NCBI GenBank assembly: GCA_963664815.2
Contig: CAXXHB010000003.1
Span: 2,272,001 to 2,336,000 of the forward strand
Direction of reading: 5' to 3'
DNA: 64,000 nt
Source: Spirochaetota bacterium
Lineage (GTDB): Bacteria; Spirochaetota; UBA4802; UBA5550
The translations under genes and the position numbers were made by a program. Under the pieces are notes generated by a model. It saw nothing but the letters and a program-made list of their open reading frames with translations. It was not told the origin of the DNA and did not search any database. Below, piece by piece: positions 19,247 to 30,901 of the stretch. How positions within the stretch are numbered: the stretch's first letter is position 1; each line of letters starts with the position of its first letter.

Positions 19247-19498
19247 ATGAAAAGTGAACTTAACCTGATAGAATCGCAGATTTTAAGAATATTCAGAAAC
19301 AATAAAAAAAGCGCAGATGACAGTCTGGATACAAAAAAAGTTCTTGAGGACTCACTCAAAGCACTTGAGGAAAACTTCGAAGTAATCCTGCACTCTCTCG
19401 CTGAAAAAGGATTTATACTCAATTCAGGTGATAAACTGATCCTTACCGATAAAGGAGATGAGTATCTGTACAGATCTAAATTATACAGCGATTACTGA
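19247..19498 (+). CDS. Small hypothetical protein, winged-helix-like
   Basis: GGAGG SD; C-terminal SLAEKGFI...LTDKG pattern typical of wHTH wings. Confidence 0.7.
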   Translation: MKSELNLIESQILRIFRNNKKSADDSLDTKKVLEDSLKALEENFEVILHSLAEKGFILNSGDKLILTDKGDEYLYRSKLYSDY

Positions 19499-19801
19499 TT
19501 TATCATGATGTCAGTTTTTTTAGAAAATCTGCAACTAAGTAACAGATGTTTTTGTTTAATTTATAAGAGATTTTTTATTTTGTAATTTAACTATTGATTT
19601 TTTTTTATAATAACGTTTAAATATGACTTGATAAAATTGTTAAATATATCAATTTACTTGACATAAACATCAAATTGTCATATATCAGCTTTACCTTTCT
19701 TTTTATATTAATTATATGCAGCCCTATTATGTATCTTTATTCCCCGCTGTATATAAATTCTGAAATTAACTCAAATTTAAACAAAGGAGCTAACCTCCAA
19801 C

Positions 19802-20737
19802 ATGAATTATAAGGATAAAAGTATAATAATTGATGTAGAGAAAAGGGAAGATGAATCATTATTAAAAAAAATTATTCATAACCTTATCGGTGTTTTTTCA
19901 CTACTGTTCGTACTAGCCCATACAACAGTCGGTTACCCTTTTCTGCTTCTGGCGTCTTTTATCAAATTAATCCCTTTTAAGCCAACACAGAAATTGTGTA
20001 CTTTTATACTTATAATTATTGCAACCAGGTGGATTCATAATAACACTTTCCTTTTCGGTAAAATTCTTGGGATAAAAGTAATTGTCAAAGGGGAAACAAA
20101 TCTCCCGATGAAAGAATGGTATCTTGTAATATCAAATCATCAGTCGTGGAGTGATATTGTTGTACTGCAGATGGTTTTTAACGGGAAAATCCCAATGCTG
20201 AAATTCTTTCTTAAAAAAGAACTGATCCGAGTTCCTCTTCTGGGGTTCGCCTGGTGGGCTCTTGATTTTCCATTCATGAAAAGATATACTTCTGAATTTG
20301 TAGCAAAATATCCGCATTTAAAAGGAAAGGACATTGAAATAACCAGGAAAGCCTGTGAAAAATTCAGCACACTCCCCGTTTCAGTAATGAATTTTGTTGA
20401 AGGAACACGCTTTACCAGAGCAAAGCATGACAGGCAGCAATCACCATTTAAAAACCTTCTTAAACCGAAGGCCGGTGGGACAGGATTTGTTTTTACCGCC
20501 ATGGGTCATCAGCTTCACAGCATTTTAAATGTTACAATAAAGTATCCCGAGGGCGATCTCAACTTCTGGAATTTTCTGTGCGGAAAGATAAGCGAGGTCG
20601 ATGTTTTTATTGAAAAGATCCCTGTCACCGACGAGCTTATCGGTGATTACATAAATGATATCGATTACCAGTCAAGATTCCGGAAATGGCTCAATGATAT
20701 CTGGATAAAAAAAGATGCAACTCTTGAAAACATGTAG
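19802..20737 (+). CDS. Lysophospholipid acyltransferase (YihG-like, PlsC superfamily)
   Basis: SNHQSWSD, KFFLKKEL, LDFPFMKR, NFVEGTR, LLKPKAGG. Confidence 0.9.
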   Translation: MNYKDKSIIIDVEKREDESLLKKIIHNLIGVFSLLFVLAHTTVGYPFLLLASFIKLIPFKPTQKLCTFILIIIATRWIHNNTFLFGKILGIKVIVKGETNLPMKEWYLVISNHQSWSDIVVLQMVFNGKIPMLKFFLKKELIRVPLLGFAWWALDFPFMKRYTSEFVAKYPHLKGKDIEITRKACEKFSTLPVSVMNFVEGTRFTRAKHDRQQSPFKNLLKPKAGGTGFVFTAMGHQLHSILNVTIKYPEGDLNFWNFLCGKISEVDVFIEKIPVTDELIGDYINDIDYQSRFRKWLNDIWIKKDATLENM

Positions 20738-20823
20738 AGTATCCGGATAGTTTTAATTCATGAACTATACCGCTGATGAATTAAATCTGTATAAAATATG
20801 TCAGAAATTACCGGAAGCTATTT

Positions 20824-21186
20824 ATGATCATAAAAGTATTATTATGGATTAACATTTCACTTTTCATCCTTCATGAAATGGATGCGGTTAAAACCCGTGA
20901 ATGGAAGATGATGATTTTCATTAACAGGTTAAATGATGATCATGGACATATTGTATTCACCGCATTTCATTTTTTTATCTTCATTATAATTTTTTATTTA
21001 TCAGAATTCCATCCCGTCTTTTTTGCTGTCATTATCTCATTTTCCCTTATTATTCACCAGTTTGTACACATCCTGTTTACCAGACATAACGAGAACAGAA
21101 TGAATAATTTTTTTTCCGTAATTATAATTTCTCTTATGTCTATAAATTCAGTTATAATTCTTTTTTATTATTTCATAATAATGTAA
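20824..21186 (+). CDS. Small multi-pass membrane protein (DUF6713-like)
   Basis: Four hydrophobic segments; HEMDAVKTREW motif. Confidence 0.7.
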   Translation: MIIKVLLWINISLFILHEMDAVKTREWKMMIFINRLNDDHGHIVFTAFHFFIFIIIFYLSEFHPVFFAVIISFSLIIHQFVHILFTRHNENRMNNFFSVIIISLMSINSVIILFYYFIIM

Positions 21187-21276
21187 AATAATAAAAATCT
21201 TTTTCAAAACTTTAATTTCCTGTTGACTGAAAAACAGTAATTGTTGTAGTCATATAAAAATAAAGAGGATACTTAA

Positions 21277-23289
21277 ATGGGCTTAATTAAAAAAATGAAT
21301 AATTTTAAAATTTCGACAAAACTTTCAATGCTGGCAATTGCAGTTATACTTATCTTCCTTATCGTCGTTTCTTCCAGCATGATTATAATAATAAAAACTG
21401 TTCTTGGTGATTATATTAATGATGAAATAAAGATTAAATCCGATGTACTTGCGCAGAATGTAGAAATAATGAAACAAAAATCCCTTGCAGCAACTGAATG
21501 GTTCAGCTCATCCCCCAGATTAATTAAAGCAATTAAATCAGGTAACAGACAAGCCGCAATTGACACAGGAAAGCTTGCGATGAGATCTATGGGTTTCGAT
21601 TATATGCTGGTCACCGATAACGCCGGAAATGTCTTTTTCAGAGCACATAGTCCGGAAAAATACGGCGACAATATAGCAAAACAGGTAGGGATTCAGAAGG
21701 CCCTGAAAGGGGAAAAAAATGTAGGCATTGAAGAGGGAGAAGTTGTCAAATTCTCAATCAGGGCAAGTACTCCCCTTATAGACGGGAATACTGTTATTGG
21801 AGCTGTTTCCCTTGGTTATGTTCTCAGCAACAATGAATTTCCGGATGAGCAGAAAAGAATCCTTGGATGTGATGTAACCGTCTTTTTCAAAGATGAAAGA
21901 ATAGCAACATCCCTTACAAATAACGGTAAAAGGCTTATCGGAACCAAGATGGAACATCAGGAAATCCTTGATACTGTTTTAAAACAGGGTAAAAACTATT
22001 ACGGAAATGCCACGATTCTTGGTAAACTTTACCATACGGCATATCTTCCCCTTCGGGATGTAAACAATAATCTTTCCGGTATGCTTTTTATCGGTAAAGA
22101 TTCAGGGGTTATCAATATGTTGATTTTCAAGATGTTCATTTACCAGAATTCAATAATGATTGTACTCGGTTTATCATTTATTTTCCTTTTGCACTCGTTT
22201 ATTAAAGGTATTCTTATCAAAAGACTGAACCATATTAATACAAGACTGAAAGATATTGCCGAAGGTGATGGTGACCTTACCGTCAGCCTCGAAACAGGTT
22301 TTATGGATGAACTTGGTGAGTTTTCATTAAATTTTAACAAGTTTGTCAAGAAAATCCGTGATGTCATTTCAGATATTAAACGTATCTCTGTTGAACTTTC
22401 CGGCATGTCCTCTCAATTGTCCTCCACAACAATGATATTCTCTGAAACAGCACAGAATCAGGCATCATCAGTAGAGGAGGTTAATGCAACAACAGAGGAA
22501 TTATCTGCCGGTATGGAATTCATTTCAGATAAAACCAAAGATCAGCATGAGAACCTTTCAAAAATGGTCGATAAGATGAATGAATTGTCTGCTCTTATCA
22601 ATAATATGGGGACTCAGGTAACCGAATCGCACAAACTCACTACTATTATGTCGGGCAATGCGAGAACAGGTGAAAATTCAATACGCACCATGAACACAAG
22701 CATGCATATGATTAATGAAAGTTCATCTAAAGTAAGCAATATAATCCAGATAATAAACGATATCTCTGACAAGATTAATCTGCTTTCGCTGAACGCTGCG
22801 ATAGAATCCGCAAGGGCAGGAGAAGCAGGCCGTGGCTTTGCAGTTGTTGCAGATGAGATCTCAAAACTTGCTGATGAAACCGCCGGAAGTATTAAAGAGA
22901 TTGATAAACTTATCAAAATGAATAATTCTGAGATTCTGAAAGGACTGGAAATTTCTGATGAAACAAGCCGTATAATTGGGAGCATTATAAAAGGGGTTGA
23001 ATCGGTAACATCAATGATGAATTCCATGACCGATTATATGCACAACCAGCTGGAAGCAAAAGACAGAATGAATGCTGCTGCACAGATAGTAAAATCCAAA
23101 ACCGATGAAATCAAAAATGCAACATCCGAACATCTCATATCCACAGAGGAAATTGTAAAGGCCACTTCATCTATAAATGAAATGACACAGTCAATCGCCG
23201 GTGGAGCCGAGGAGATGGCTTCCATGTCTGAAGAAATATCCGGAATGTCTGATACACTTAAAAACAGGGTTGACTTTTTTAAAGTCTGA
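21277..23289 (+). CDS. Methyl-accepting chemotaxis protein with Cache sensor domains
   Basis: Two TMs, HAMP (GDGDLT...DELG), [27 protein letters not shown]. Confidence 0.95.
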   Translation: MGLIKKMNNFKISTKLSMLAIAVILIFLIVVSSSMIIIIKTVLGDYINDEIKIKSDVLAQNVEIMKQKSLAATEWFSSSPRLIKAIKSGNRQAAIDTGKLAMRSMGFDYMLVTDNAGNVFFRAHSPEKYGDNIAKQVGIQKALKGEKNVGIEEGEVVKFSIRASTPLIDGNTVIGAVSLGYVLSNNEFPDEQKRILGCDVTVFFKDERIATSLTNNGKRLIGTKMEHQEILDTVLKQGKNYYGNATILGKLYHTAYLPLRDVNNNLSGMLFIGKDSGVINMLIFKMFIYQNSIMIVLGLSFIFLLHSFIKGILIKRLNHINTRLKDIAEGDGDLTVSLETGFMDELGEFSLNFNKFVKKIRDVISDIKRISVELSGMSSQLSSTTMIFSETAQNQASSVEEVNATTEELSAGMEFISDKTKDQHENLSKMVDKMNELSALINNMGTQVTESHKLTTIMSGNARTGENSIRTMNTSMHMINESSSKVSNIIQIINDISDKINLLSLNAAIESARAGEAGRGFAVVADEISKLADETAGSIKEIDKLIKMNNSEILKGLEISDETSRIIGSIIKGVESVTSMMNSMTDYMHNQLEAKDRMNAAAQIVKSKTDEIKNATSEHLISTEEIVKATSSINEMTQSIAGGAEEMASMSEEISGMSDTLKNRVDFFKV

Positions 23290-23334
23290 CATTTTATCAA
23301 CAGATATCTGAAAACATTTTTTCAGACTTCTGCT

Positions 23335-23367
23335 ATACCGGTTTTTAAGAAATTAAACCGGTATTTT
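23335..23367 (+). terminator. Putative intrinsic terminator
   Basis: ATACCGGTTT...AAACCGGTAT plus T run after the MCP gene. Confidence 0.55.
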
Positions 23368-23412
23368 AAATATAATCCCAGTTTACTATATTTTCCGGGC
23401 AATTGAGGTTTT

Positions 23413-26295
23413 ATGCCAAAACCATCCTATTCATTTCTCCTTTTATTTACATTTGTAATTTATTCAATAAACCTTAATGCTCAGCAGAATCCATCCGGAA
23501 TAAAATGGAAAAGTATCGATACCGGAAATTATGTAATAATTTTCCCTGAAGAGATCACTCCACTGGGCCAGAGAGTTGCAAATCTCATGGTTCATTATGA
23601 AAAATATAACTACTCAAGCATTAAAACTGAACCGAGGAAAATACCAATTGTACTTATAAATCAATATGCAGAGCCTAACGGTTTTGTCTCTTTTGCCCCT
23701 TTTTATTCACACTGGTTTACCACGCCGGCTTCATTCGATTCAATTGAATGGTATAAAGGCCTTGCAATTCACGAAGGTCGGCACATGGTTCAGGCTAATA
23801 AACTTAAAGATGGCGGCGGAAAAGGTTTATGGAGATTCCTTTTTGGCGAAACAGGTACCGCGCTTTTTTCAGCTATTTATGTTCCGGAATGGTTCCTTGA
23901 GGGTGATGCAGTTGTAATGGAGACAGCCCTTACAAAAGGCGGGAGGGGTCGTATACCCTCCTTTAATCTCTGGCAGAGAGCAATTGAGCTTTCAGATGAA
24001 AAATACTCATATTATGAATCATACCTGGGGAGCTACGGTTCACCTACACCCTATGATGACTATTACAGACTAGGATATTTAATATGTTCCTATGTCCGCC
24101 GGCATTACGGCAAAGAAGTATGGAATAAAGTACTGGAAGATACCGGAAAATATTTTCTTTTTTATACATTTGACAGCTCATTGAGACATGAAACAGGAAG
24201 ATCAATTACAGAGCTTTATTCTGATGCTTTAAAAGAATATCATTCATTATGGAAATTTCAGCAGCAGGGACTTCAAATTACTGATGCAGAAATTTCAGGT
24301 ACTGTAAACAGCAGTGTATGGGAAAGCTATCTCTACCCTTCATTAACTGAAGATCGTAATCTTACAGCCGTCTTTTTCTCCAGAAATAAAAAACTTTCAT
24401 TTGTTAAAATCAACAGTGATAACGAAACAAAGAATATTACACAGATTCCCATGGAAATAGCATCAACATTTATAAATAATGAACGTATATTAACAACCGG
24501 GGGTAATTACGCGTTATGGAGAGAAAGCATTCCTGATTTACGCTGGGGTTACAGGACTTTTTCAGATCTCAGGCTTCTGGATATTAATACCGGCACTACA
24601 AGATACATATCACATAAAAAAAAATATACCGCTTCCGCACTTTCACCTGACGGCAAAACTGCTGTCGGTATAGAACATCAGCCTGACCTTAGATACTATA
24701 TTGCACTAATTGACACAGCCAGTGGTTCTGAAATATACAGAGAGGAGATAATAAACAGAGGTTATATTTACGACCCGGCTATATCACCGGATGGAAAAGA
24801 TATTGTCTTTTCTTCTCTCTCGAATGAAGGAAATTCACTCCTTCTATTCAATGTTGAAACAAAAAAAATTGCAATTTTAATCCCGTCAGCAAATGAAGAA
24901 CGGATAAAATCACCTGTATTTTACGGCAAATATATAATCTACAGCTCAGATTATTCCGGAATTGATAATATCTACGCAATAGAAATTAAAACTAAAAAAA
25001 GATACCAGGTAACATCAAGGCCGCTCGGAGCATTTTTCCCGACTGTAAGAGATGATATTCTCTGTTTTAATGATTATTCTGTTTACGGTTATAAAGCTGC
25101 CACAATGAGCCTGGATCAAAAAAAATGGATCCCCATCCAGCAGGTTCAAAGACGTATAATCGATTACATTAAACCGATAGTTGAACAGGAACTTTCAAAC
25201 GATAATAGCGATACAGATAATATACCAGATGAAGAGTATAACGTTAAAAATTATTACCCGGTACTTAACAGTATAAATATCTTCCAGTGGGTTCCATATT
25301 TCAATTCAACATCAACCGATCTTTATTTCAGCATTTATTCAAGAGACGTGCTCCATACAACAGATATTGCAGTTTCATATATACACAATTTTAATGAAAA
25401 ACAGAATCATGGTGAAGCCTCTCTCTTATACAGCGGTTTATTCCCGGTAATTTCATTATACGGCGGATACGGAGGACGTGCCGTATATCTTTCAAAAGAA
25501 TCCAGTAAAAATAATAACGAATATCTGACATGGAACGAGGTAAAAGGTTCCGGTGACATTTCACTTCCTTTTAATTTTTCAAGGGGTATTCATACAACAA
25601 GTTTCGACTTAGGTGCAGAAACAGGGTATATCAAACTTTATGAAAAAAACCGTTTCGATTATACAATTTATGACGGGATGAATGCTGAAGGTGAACTGAA
25701 CTATTTATATTATTACCTCAGTTTCAGCAGTATCGCCCAGGGAGCACTGGATTCTGTAGCCAAAGGAACAGGTGCGGCTATCGATATTTCATACACACAT
25801 ACTCCATACTACGGGAATTATCGCGGCAGTCTCTTTTCAACAGAACTTGAAATATATCTCCCCGGGATAAACGATACTCATGGACTGAAGTTATCAGGTT
25901 CATACGAACGAATTAAATACGGAAATTATATATTCCCGGAGAAATTTCTTTTTCCGAGAGGTTACGATTCAATACGATATGACGGGTTTTACAAGGCGTC
26001 TGCTGACTACGCCTTCCCCATACTTAATTTCTCGTTAAACATATGGAAGCTCGTTTATTTTAAAAGAATTAATGGAGATATTTTTTATGATTTCGGAGCA
26101 GGCAGAACTGATAATATAAATACATATTACAGATCGGCAGGCTTTGAACTTACAGCAGAGCAGGTATTTCTTTCAAATAAATACCTGTCACTGGAAACAG
26201 GACTCAGGTACTCAAGATGCTTTGATAGTGATAAGGATGCACCGGAAAATAACGATAAAAACCGGTATGAATTTGTAATTAAGTCAGCCCTTTAA
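23413..26295 (+). CDS. Outer-membrane protein: zinc metallopeptidase-like domain + TolB/WD40 propeller + Omp85-like barrel
   Basis: Signal peptide; HEGRH...WFLEGDA; SPDGK repeats; C-terminal FPRGY, ADYAFP, FYDFG, YRSAGFEL. Confidence 0.7.
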   Translation: MPKPSYSFLLLFTFVIYSINLNAQQNPSGIKWKSIDTGNYVIIFPEEITPLGQRVANLMVHYEKYNYSSIKTEPRKIPIVLINQYAEPNGFVSFAPFYSHWFTTPASFDSIEWYKGLAIHEGRHMVQANKLKDGGGKGLWRFLFGETGTALFSAIYVPEWFLEGDAVVMETALTKGGRGRIPSFNLWQRAIELSDEKYSYYESYLGSYGSPTPYDDYYRLGYLICSYVRRHYGKEVWNKVLEDTGKYFLFYTFDSSLRHETGRSITELYSDALKEYHSLWKFQQQGLQITDAEISGTVNSSVWESYLYPSLTEDRNLTAVFFSRNKKLSFVKINSDNETKNITQIPMEIASTFINNERILTTGGNYALWRESIPDLRWGYRTFSDLRLLDINTGTTRYISHKKKYTASALSPDGKTAVGIEHQPDLRYYIALIDTASGSEIYREEIINRGYIYDPAISPDGKDIVFSSLSNEGNSLLLFNVETKKIAILIPSANEERIKSPVFYGKYIIYSSDYSGIDNIYAIEIKTKKRYQVTSRPLGAFFPTVRDDILCFNDYSVYGYKAATMSLDQKKWIPIQQVQRRIIDYIKPIVEQELSNDNSDTDNIPDEEYNVKNYYPVLNSINIFQWVPYFNSTSTDLYFSIYSRDVLHTTDIAVSYIHNFNEKQNHGEASLLYSGLFPVISLYGGYGGRAVYLSKESSKNNNEYLTWNEVKGSGDISLPFNFSRGIHTTSFDLGAETGYIKLYEKNRFDYTIYDGMNAEGELNYLYYYLSFSSIAQGALDSVAKGTGAAIDISYTHTPYYGNYRGSLFSTELEIYLPGINDTHGLKLSGSYERIKYGNYIFPEKFLFPRGYDSIRYDGFYKASADYAFPILNFSLNIWKLVYFKRINGDIFYDFGAGRTDNINTYYRSAGFELTAEQVFLSNKYLSLETGLRYSRCFDSDKDAPENNDKNRYEFVIKSAL

Positions 26296-26331
26296 AATAA
26301 ACGTTCTGCTTTTTCCGCTGATTATCCCGGA

Positions 26332-28089
26332 TTAATCTGCATTTTCATTAAAGTCCGGGTCATCTGCTCCTTCATACTCACCGCTGGTATTATTATCCGG
26401 GTTATAATCTCCGTTGTAATTTTCTTCATTTAAGTAGCTCTTAGGTTCCTGTTTGAACGTTCTTTTTAAAAACTCAACAACCTCTGTCCTGTTGTTCTGT
26501 GCAGCAGCATCTATAGCCCGCTGTTCATTTCTGTTTAACAGGTTCGGATCGGCTTTTTTTTCAATAAGCACTTTTACAATTTTTATAAAGCCATTTGTTG
26601 CCGCATAATGAAGCGGAGTTGAAGAATCAGAATCAACAGAATTTATAAGTGCACCCCTTGCCAGAAGTATCCTTGTTATTTCGCTGTTTCCCTGCATGGC
26701 ATTGTAATGCAGAGATGTCATACCTGTATCACCCGTTGCGTTAACATTGGCCCCCTTGCCCAGAAGAAATGTAATTATATCCATCTTTTCCATCTTAACT
26801 GCCTGATGAAGGGGCGTCTGCTTATCTACATTCTGAGTATCTATTCCCGCTCCGCTTTCAATAAGCATTCTTGCAACTTTAATATTCCCGTTAACTGCCG
26901 CCACACCAAGGGGTGTATTGCCATCAATGTCAAGTCCATTGATGTTATATTTTTCTTTTAAATATTTCAGGACAAGTTCAGTTTTATTTTCTGTTATAGC
27001 GCGGGTCAGTCTGGAGATCTTCTCACGTTCAAGCCTTTCCGCCTGAGCTTTCTTCTCTTTTTCCATCTCCTTTTTTATGAATGAAATAACAATATCTGTT
27101 TCAGAACTGGTCATCTCAAAAGAAATTGAAACACCTTTATCTACAGGTTTTACATGAATTCTTCCGAATGCCTGGTTAATCCAGGACATCAGTTTCTGAT
27201 CATTTGTCAGTTCGCTGAGTTTCTGCTGACCGCTCCTGGCCGCCATAAGATCCGCAAAAGAAGCAATAAAACTTGATCCCACAATCCATGTATGACACAG
27301 CATCTGCAGACGCTCACTATCTTCAGGCTTTGATCCCTGCATCCCAGACTGAAATGTTATTTTATCATTTATCTCCACTCCCCAGTCTATAGATTCAAGT
27401 GACAGGAGTGTTTGTATAAATACGTTTTCTTTCAAACCCTTTGCCATTCCGGCTCCGTTGTCCATAGCTTTATTCATCGCCGTTTTAATATACTCCGAAA
27501 CCGTGATATAAAAGAATACGGATTTGTTTGCAGCTTTACCAAGAAAGATTGAGGTTTTCCCTGAAAGTGATTTATTACCGGAGGATCTTTTTTCAATAAA
27601 CGAATCTATATATTGCGAAGGACCTATTACAAAAAAATCATCAACCTTTGTAAAAACAACATCCTGCTCAACAGACGCCTTATATGCCGTTCCTGTTTTT
27701 AACTTGATGCTGTTCTTTCTGAATTCTTCAGGAATAATCCCCCTGCCGTTTTTAAAACTTATTAAAACTATATATCCGCTTTTCCTGTCAAGATCCATAG
27801 TGTTCATTATTATCATTAGTTCATTTATATCAGTTAGTTTTAATCCGAAATTCTTTATCATTATATCAGTTTCACTGGCATTCCCACTATCTGTTATTTT
27901 ATCAAATTCATTTATATTGATCCCGCTTGAGGATAGAAACTGCATTATCCGCGAGAAATTGACATAACAGTATATATCACTTTTTTCATTTATGTAGTTC
28001 AGTTCATCAATCAGTGCAGCACTTGAAACTGCTGAATTCAGGGCAATCATGCAGAGGCAAATAAACACAATAAAGATACATTTTTTCAT
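26332..28089 (-). CDS. Exported ankyrin-repeat protein
   Basis: Signal peptide; C-terminal GNTPL, TPLH, TSLH, TPLH ankyrin repeats; acidic tail. Confidence 0.85.
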   Translation of the reverse strand: MKKCIFIVFICLCMIALNSAVSSAALIDELNYINEKSDIYCYVNFSRIMQFLSSSGININEFDKITDSGNASETDIMIKNFGLKLTDINELMIIMNTMDLDRKSGYIVLISFKNGRGIIPEEFRKNSIKLKTGTAYKASVEQDVVFTKVDDFFVIGPSQYIDSFIEKRSSGNKSLSGKTSIFLGKAANKSVFFYITVSEYIKTAMNKAMDNGAGMAKGLKENVFIQTLLSLESIDWGVEINDKITFQSGMQGSKPEDSERLQMLCHTWIVGSSFIASFADLMAARSGQQKLSELTNDQKLMSWINQAFGRIHVKPVDKGVSISFEMTSSETDIVISFIKKEMEKEKKAQAERLEREKISRLTRAITENKTELVLKYLKEKYNINGLDIDGNTPLGVAAVNGNIKVARMLIESGAGIDTQNVDKQTPLHQAVKMEKMDIITFLLGKGANVNATGDTGMTSLHYNAMQGNSEITRILLARGALINSVDSDSSTPLHYAATNGFIKIVKVLIEKKADPNLLNRNEQRAIDAAAQNNRTEVVEFLKRTFKQEPKSYLNEENYNGDYNPDNNTSGEYEGADDPDFNENAD

Positions 28090-28377
28090 TATCTTCTCCG
28101 GTATAAAAAATATTCATGAATTATATTAATTCGAATTTTAATCTGGATTAAAGATTTCTCAGTCGTAACTTATTCAATATTAAAATCAGCTTATACCATC
28201 CGGATTACATATCAGCCTGAATTATTTCTATATAGTCATAAATAAGATTAATGTCAATAAACTTTCTTTTAAAGATATTTGAACAATCAATACGTAAATT
28301 TTCGTATGATTTTTTATTTGACTTTATCAATCATAAAACTTCAATAATCGGCAGATTTAAAAAGCCGGAGTTTTGCC

Positions 28378-28914
28378 ATGACAACCAAACAGAGACCATT
28401 TACGCGTTTTTATAATTGTTCGACCGGGACAGCATCGCGATATAACAGGAAACTTGTTTCCTTAATATTTAAAACCGTGACCAAGGTTATTGAACTTGAT
28501 GAAAATCTTAATTTTACCGTTGAAAATATATATGCTTTAGTGGAAAAATCTTTAAAACAAAAACATATAGCTTTATTAAAAAATGATCTTATAGACATTA
28601 TCATAGAGATACTCAGCTTTTATATTGAGGAGGGTGAAATTGATCTTTACGAAGATTTATTTGATGATATAGAAAGTGAATTGAAAAAAGCTTTATGGCC
28701 TCTCGTATCAAAACATAATAATCCTGAAATACTCGATTTGCTGATTGATGAAATATATAATGAACTCGATAGCGCCACAGAATACACCTCCATTGATCTT
28801 GCAGACAGGTTATCGAAAATTGATTCATTCAGCCAGTTTACATATAATGAGTTAATCGATATATCAGAAATGGCTCTGTACAAGCTTGAAAATATGGATT
28901 TCCTTGTTGAATAA
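28378..28914 (+). CDS. Hypothetical acidic helical protein
   Basis: GGAG SD; 178-aa ORF with possible internal duplication; no family recognised. Confidence 0.7.
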   Translation: MTTKQRPFTRFYNCSTGTASRYNRKLVSLIFKTVTKVIELDENLNFTVENIYALVEKSLKQKHIALLKNDLIDIIIEILSFYIEEGEIDLYEDLFDDIESELKKALWPLVSKHNNPEILDLLIDEIYNELDSATEYTSIDLADRLSKIDSFSQFTYNELIDISEMALYKLENMDFLVE

Positions 28915-29083
28915 GTATTTTTTTATAACTGTCTATAACTTCAATAATCCTTTAAAACGCCGCTGCAAATTGTTTTTTACTGTTAATAAAAAATAACTTG
29001 ATTACTCAATTCTGCGCTTAAAGATGGTTTAAATATATGAATTTTTATAACTTTACCTTAAAACACAATTCAGGTATCAGCAA

Positions 29084-30205
29084 TTGAACAGAGTTATTAT
29101 AGATGACACAACATTCAACAGATTGCGCCCTCTTGATTCACTGAGAGGATTTGCTGCAATTGGGGTGGCATTTTTCTGGCATTATAAACATTTTAATTAT
29201 ACATATTTTGCTGCAAATCCTGAATCTCTGCCATTATATTCTTTATTTAAATGGTTTTATCTCTGTGGCTGGAATCTTGTAGATTTCTTTTTTGTACTTT
29301 CGGGTTTCATTTTCATGCATGTGTATTCAAAACAGATTTCAAATGATGATATTAACCAAAGAACATTTTTTATATTACGGATAAGCAGGCTTTACCCTCT
29401 TCATGTAATTACTCTTTTTATCGTGGCATTTATACAATACTACAGGTTTTTTTCAGGTAAAGGTTTTTTTCAGTGTGATATAAATGACCTGTATCACCTC
29501 ATATTAAATCTGCTTTTTATTCAGGCTGGATTTTTCGAGGATGGGCTCTCTTTCAATGGGCCTTCATGGTCTTTGTCATGTGAGATGGTAGCATATATTC
29601 TGTTTTTCTACGTTCTGAAAAAACAAAAGAACCCTTTGCCTGTTTTTATTCTTTTCATATTTGCAGGAATGAGCATTCTGCAAAAACAGCTAAATGTTCC
29701 TCTATTTAACGCTTCGATGGGTAAGATGCTGATCGGTTTCTTTGTGGGATGTATTTCTTTTTCATTAAATAATAAAATTCATGAACTTGAAAAGAATAAA
29801 AAAAACATGCTGTTTATTACTATTCTGGTTTTTTCTCTCATTATAGGAATTATGGTACATAAAGCTGGTTATATAAAAATTTTCGGGCACTGGGAGAGGG
29901 TTATGCCTCTGCTTGTTTATCCTCTTCTTATCCTTGTTACGCTCAATGTTTTTTTTCTTTATAAATTTTTCTCAATAAAACCATTTACCTATCTCGGTGA
30001 TCTGTCTTATTCAATATACCTTATCCATTTCCCTGTACAGCTCATGATGGTAACTTTTCTTCCGATGACCGGTATTGTCCCGAATTATAAGAGCTGGACA
30101 GGACTTGCTATTTTTATTTTTACAACAATAATTATTGCAGCTTTATCATTTCATTTTGTTGAAAAGCCTCTGCAATCCTTTATAAGAAGAAAATTTATAA
30201 CATAA
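29084..30205 (+). CDS. Acyltransferase family 3 (OafA-like O-acyltransferase)
   Basis: LDSLRGFAA, VDFFFVLSGF, RISRLYP, WSLSCE, LGDLSYSIYLIH, VEKP. Confidence 0.92.
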   Translation: MNRVIIDDTTFNRLRPLDSLRGFAAIGVAFFWHYKHFNYTYFAANPESLPLYSLFKWFYLCGWNLVDFFFVLSGFIFMHVYSKQISNDDINQRTFFILRISRLYPLHVITLFIVAFIQYYRFFSGKGFFQCDINDLYHLILNLLFIQAGFFEDGLSFNGPSWSLSCEMVAYILFFYVLKKQKNPLPVFILFIFAGMSILQKQLNVPLFNASMGKMLIGFFVGCISFSLNNKIHELEKNKKNMLFITILVFSLIIGIMVHKAGYIKIFGHWERVMPLLVYPLLILVTLNVFFLYKFFSIKPFTYLGDLSYSIYLIHFPVQLMMVTFLPMTGIVPNYKSWTGLAIFIFTTIIIAALSFHFVEKPLQSFIRRKFIT

Positions 30206-30229
30206 AAAAATATCAATTAAGACGTCTCG

Positions 30230-30901
30230 CTAAAGTACTTTAACACAATTATCGCACAGTGGTGAATCTGCATTCACATGAAATTTCATTCCGCACATAT
30301 GGCAATATTCCCCCTCCTTCGAACTTTTGTTACTTTCCGATGCACAGTTGCTGCAATAGGTTTTATTCAGGTTGTATGAAATTGGCATAGCACAATTTAT
30401 GCAGAATCCATGGTATGCCCTTTTGATCTTAACTGAAGGTCTGTCAATCTCGTCAACCGGCCGTTTATGCAGGTTCATATTATCAGATGAATTTACTATA
30501 GCTTTTATCTGGTTATAAGTTTTTTTATACAGATCAGTATCATCTGTTTTGTTTATCAATATTCCCATCTCAATGCTTTCTGAATCTCCCGACCTGAATA
30601 TATCCATCGAAGTTATCATAACATTTTCTTCATTACAACAGCACCTTGCATTAAGATTCACTGAATTATAAATTTCTAAATTGTTAAACTCAGCCAGCAT
30701 ATTTTTCTCTTCAGGATATAAATCTTCACTGGCATAAACTATAACTAAACTATTACAATTTTCTGATGATACTTTAAGCGCTTCATAAAATGGTCGGTCA
30801 AGCTGCAGGTATGGCATAAGCAGATTGAGTTCATCCTTTGCCTCTCTTATAATTTTTTCGACATAGAATGAAATACCGCTTGTTGTAAGAAATTCCGGCA
30901 C
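30230..30901 (-). CDS. PLD-like domain protein with C-terminal Cys-rich zinc-binding region
   Basis: AKDEL..PY, LNAR...TSM...EMG PLD-nuclease-like pattern; CINC, CSNC, CHMC, CDNC. Confidence 0.75.
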   Translation of the reverse strand: MPEFLTTSGISFYVEKIIREAKDELNLLMPYLQLDRPFYEALKVSSENCNSLVIVYASEDLYPEEKNMLAEFNNLEIYNSVNLNARCCCNEENVMITSMDIFRSGDSESIEMGILINKTDDTDLYKKTYNQIKAIVNSSDNMNLHKRPVDEIDRPSVKIKRAYHGFCINCAMPISYNLNKTYCSNCASESNKSSKEGEYCHMCGMKFHVNADSPLCDNCVKVL

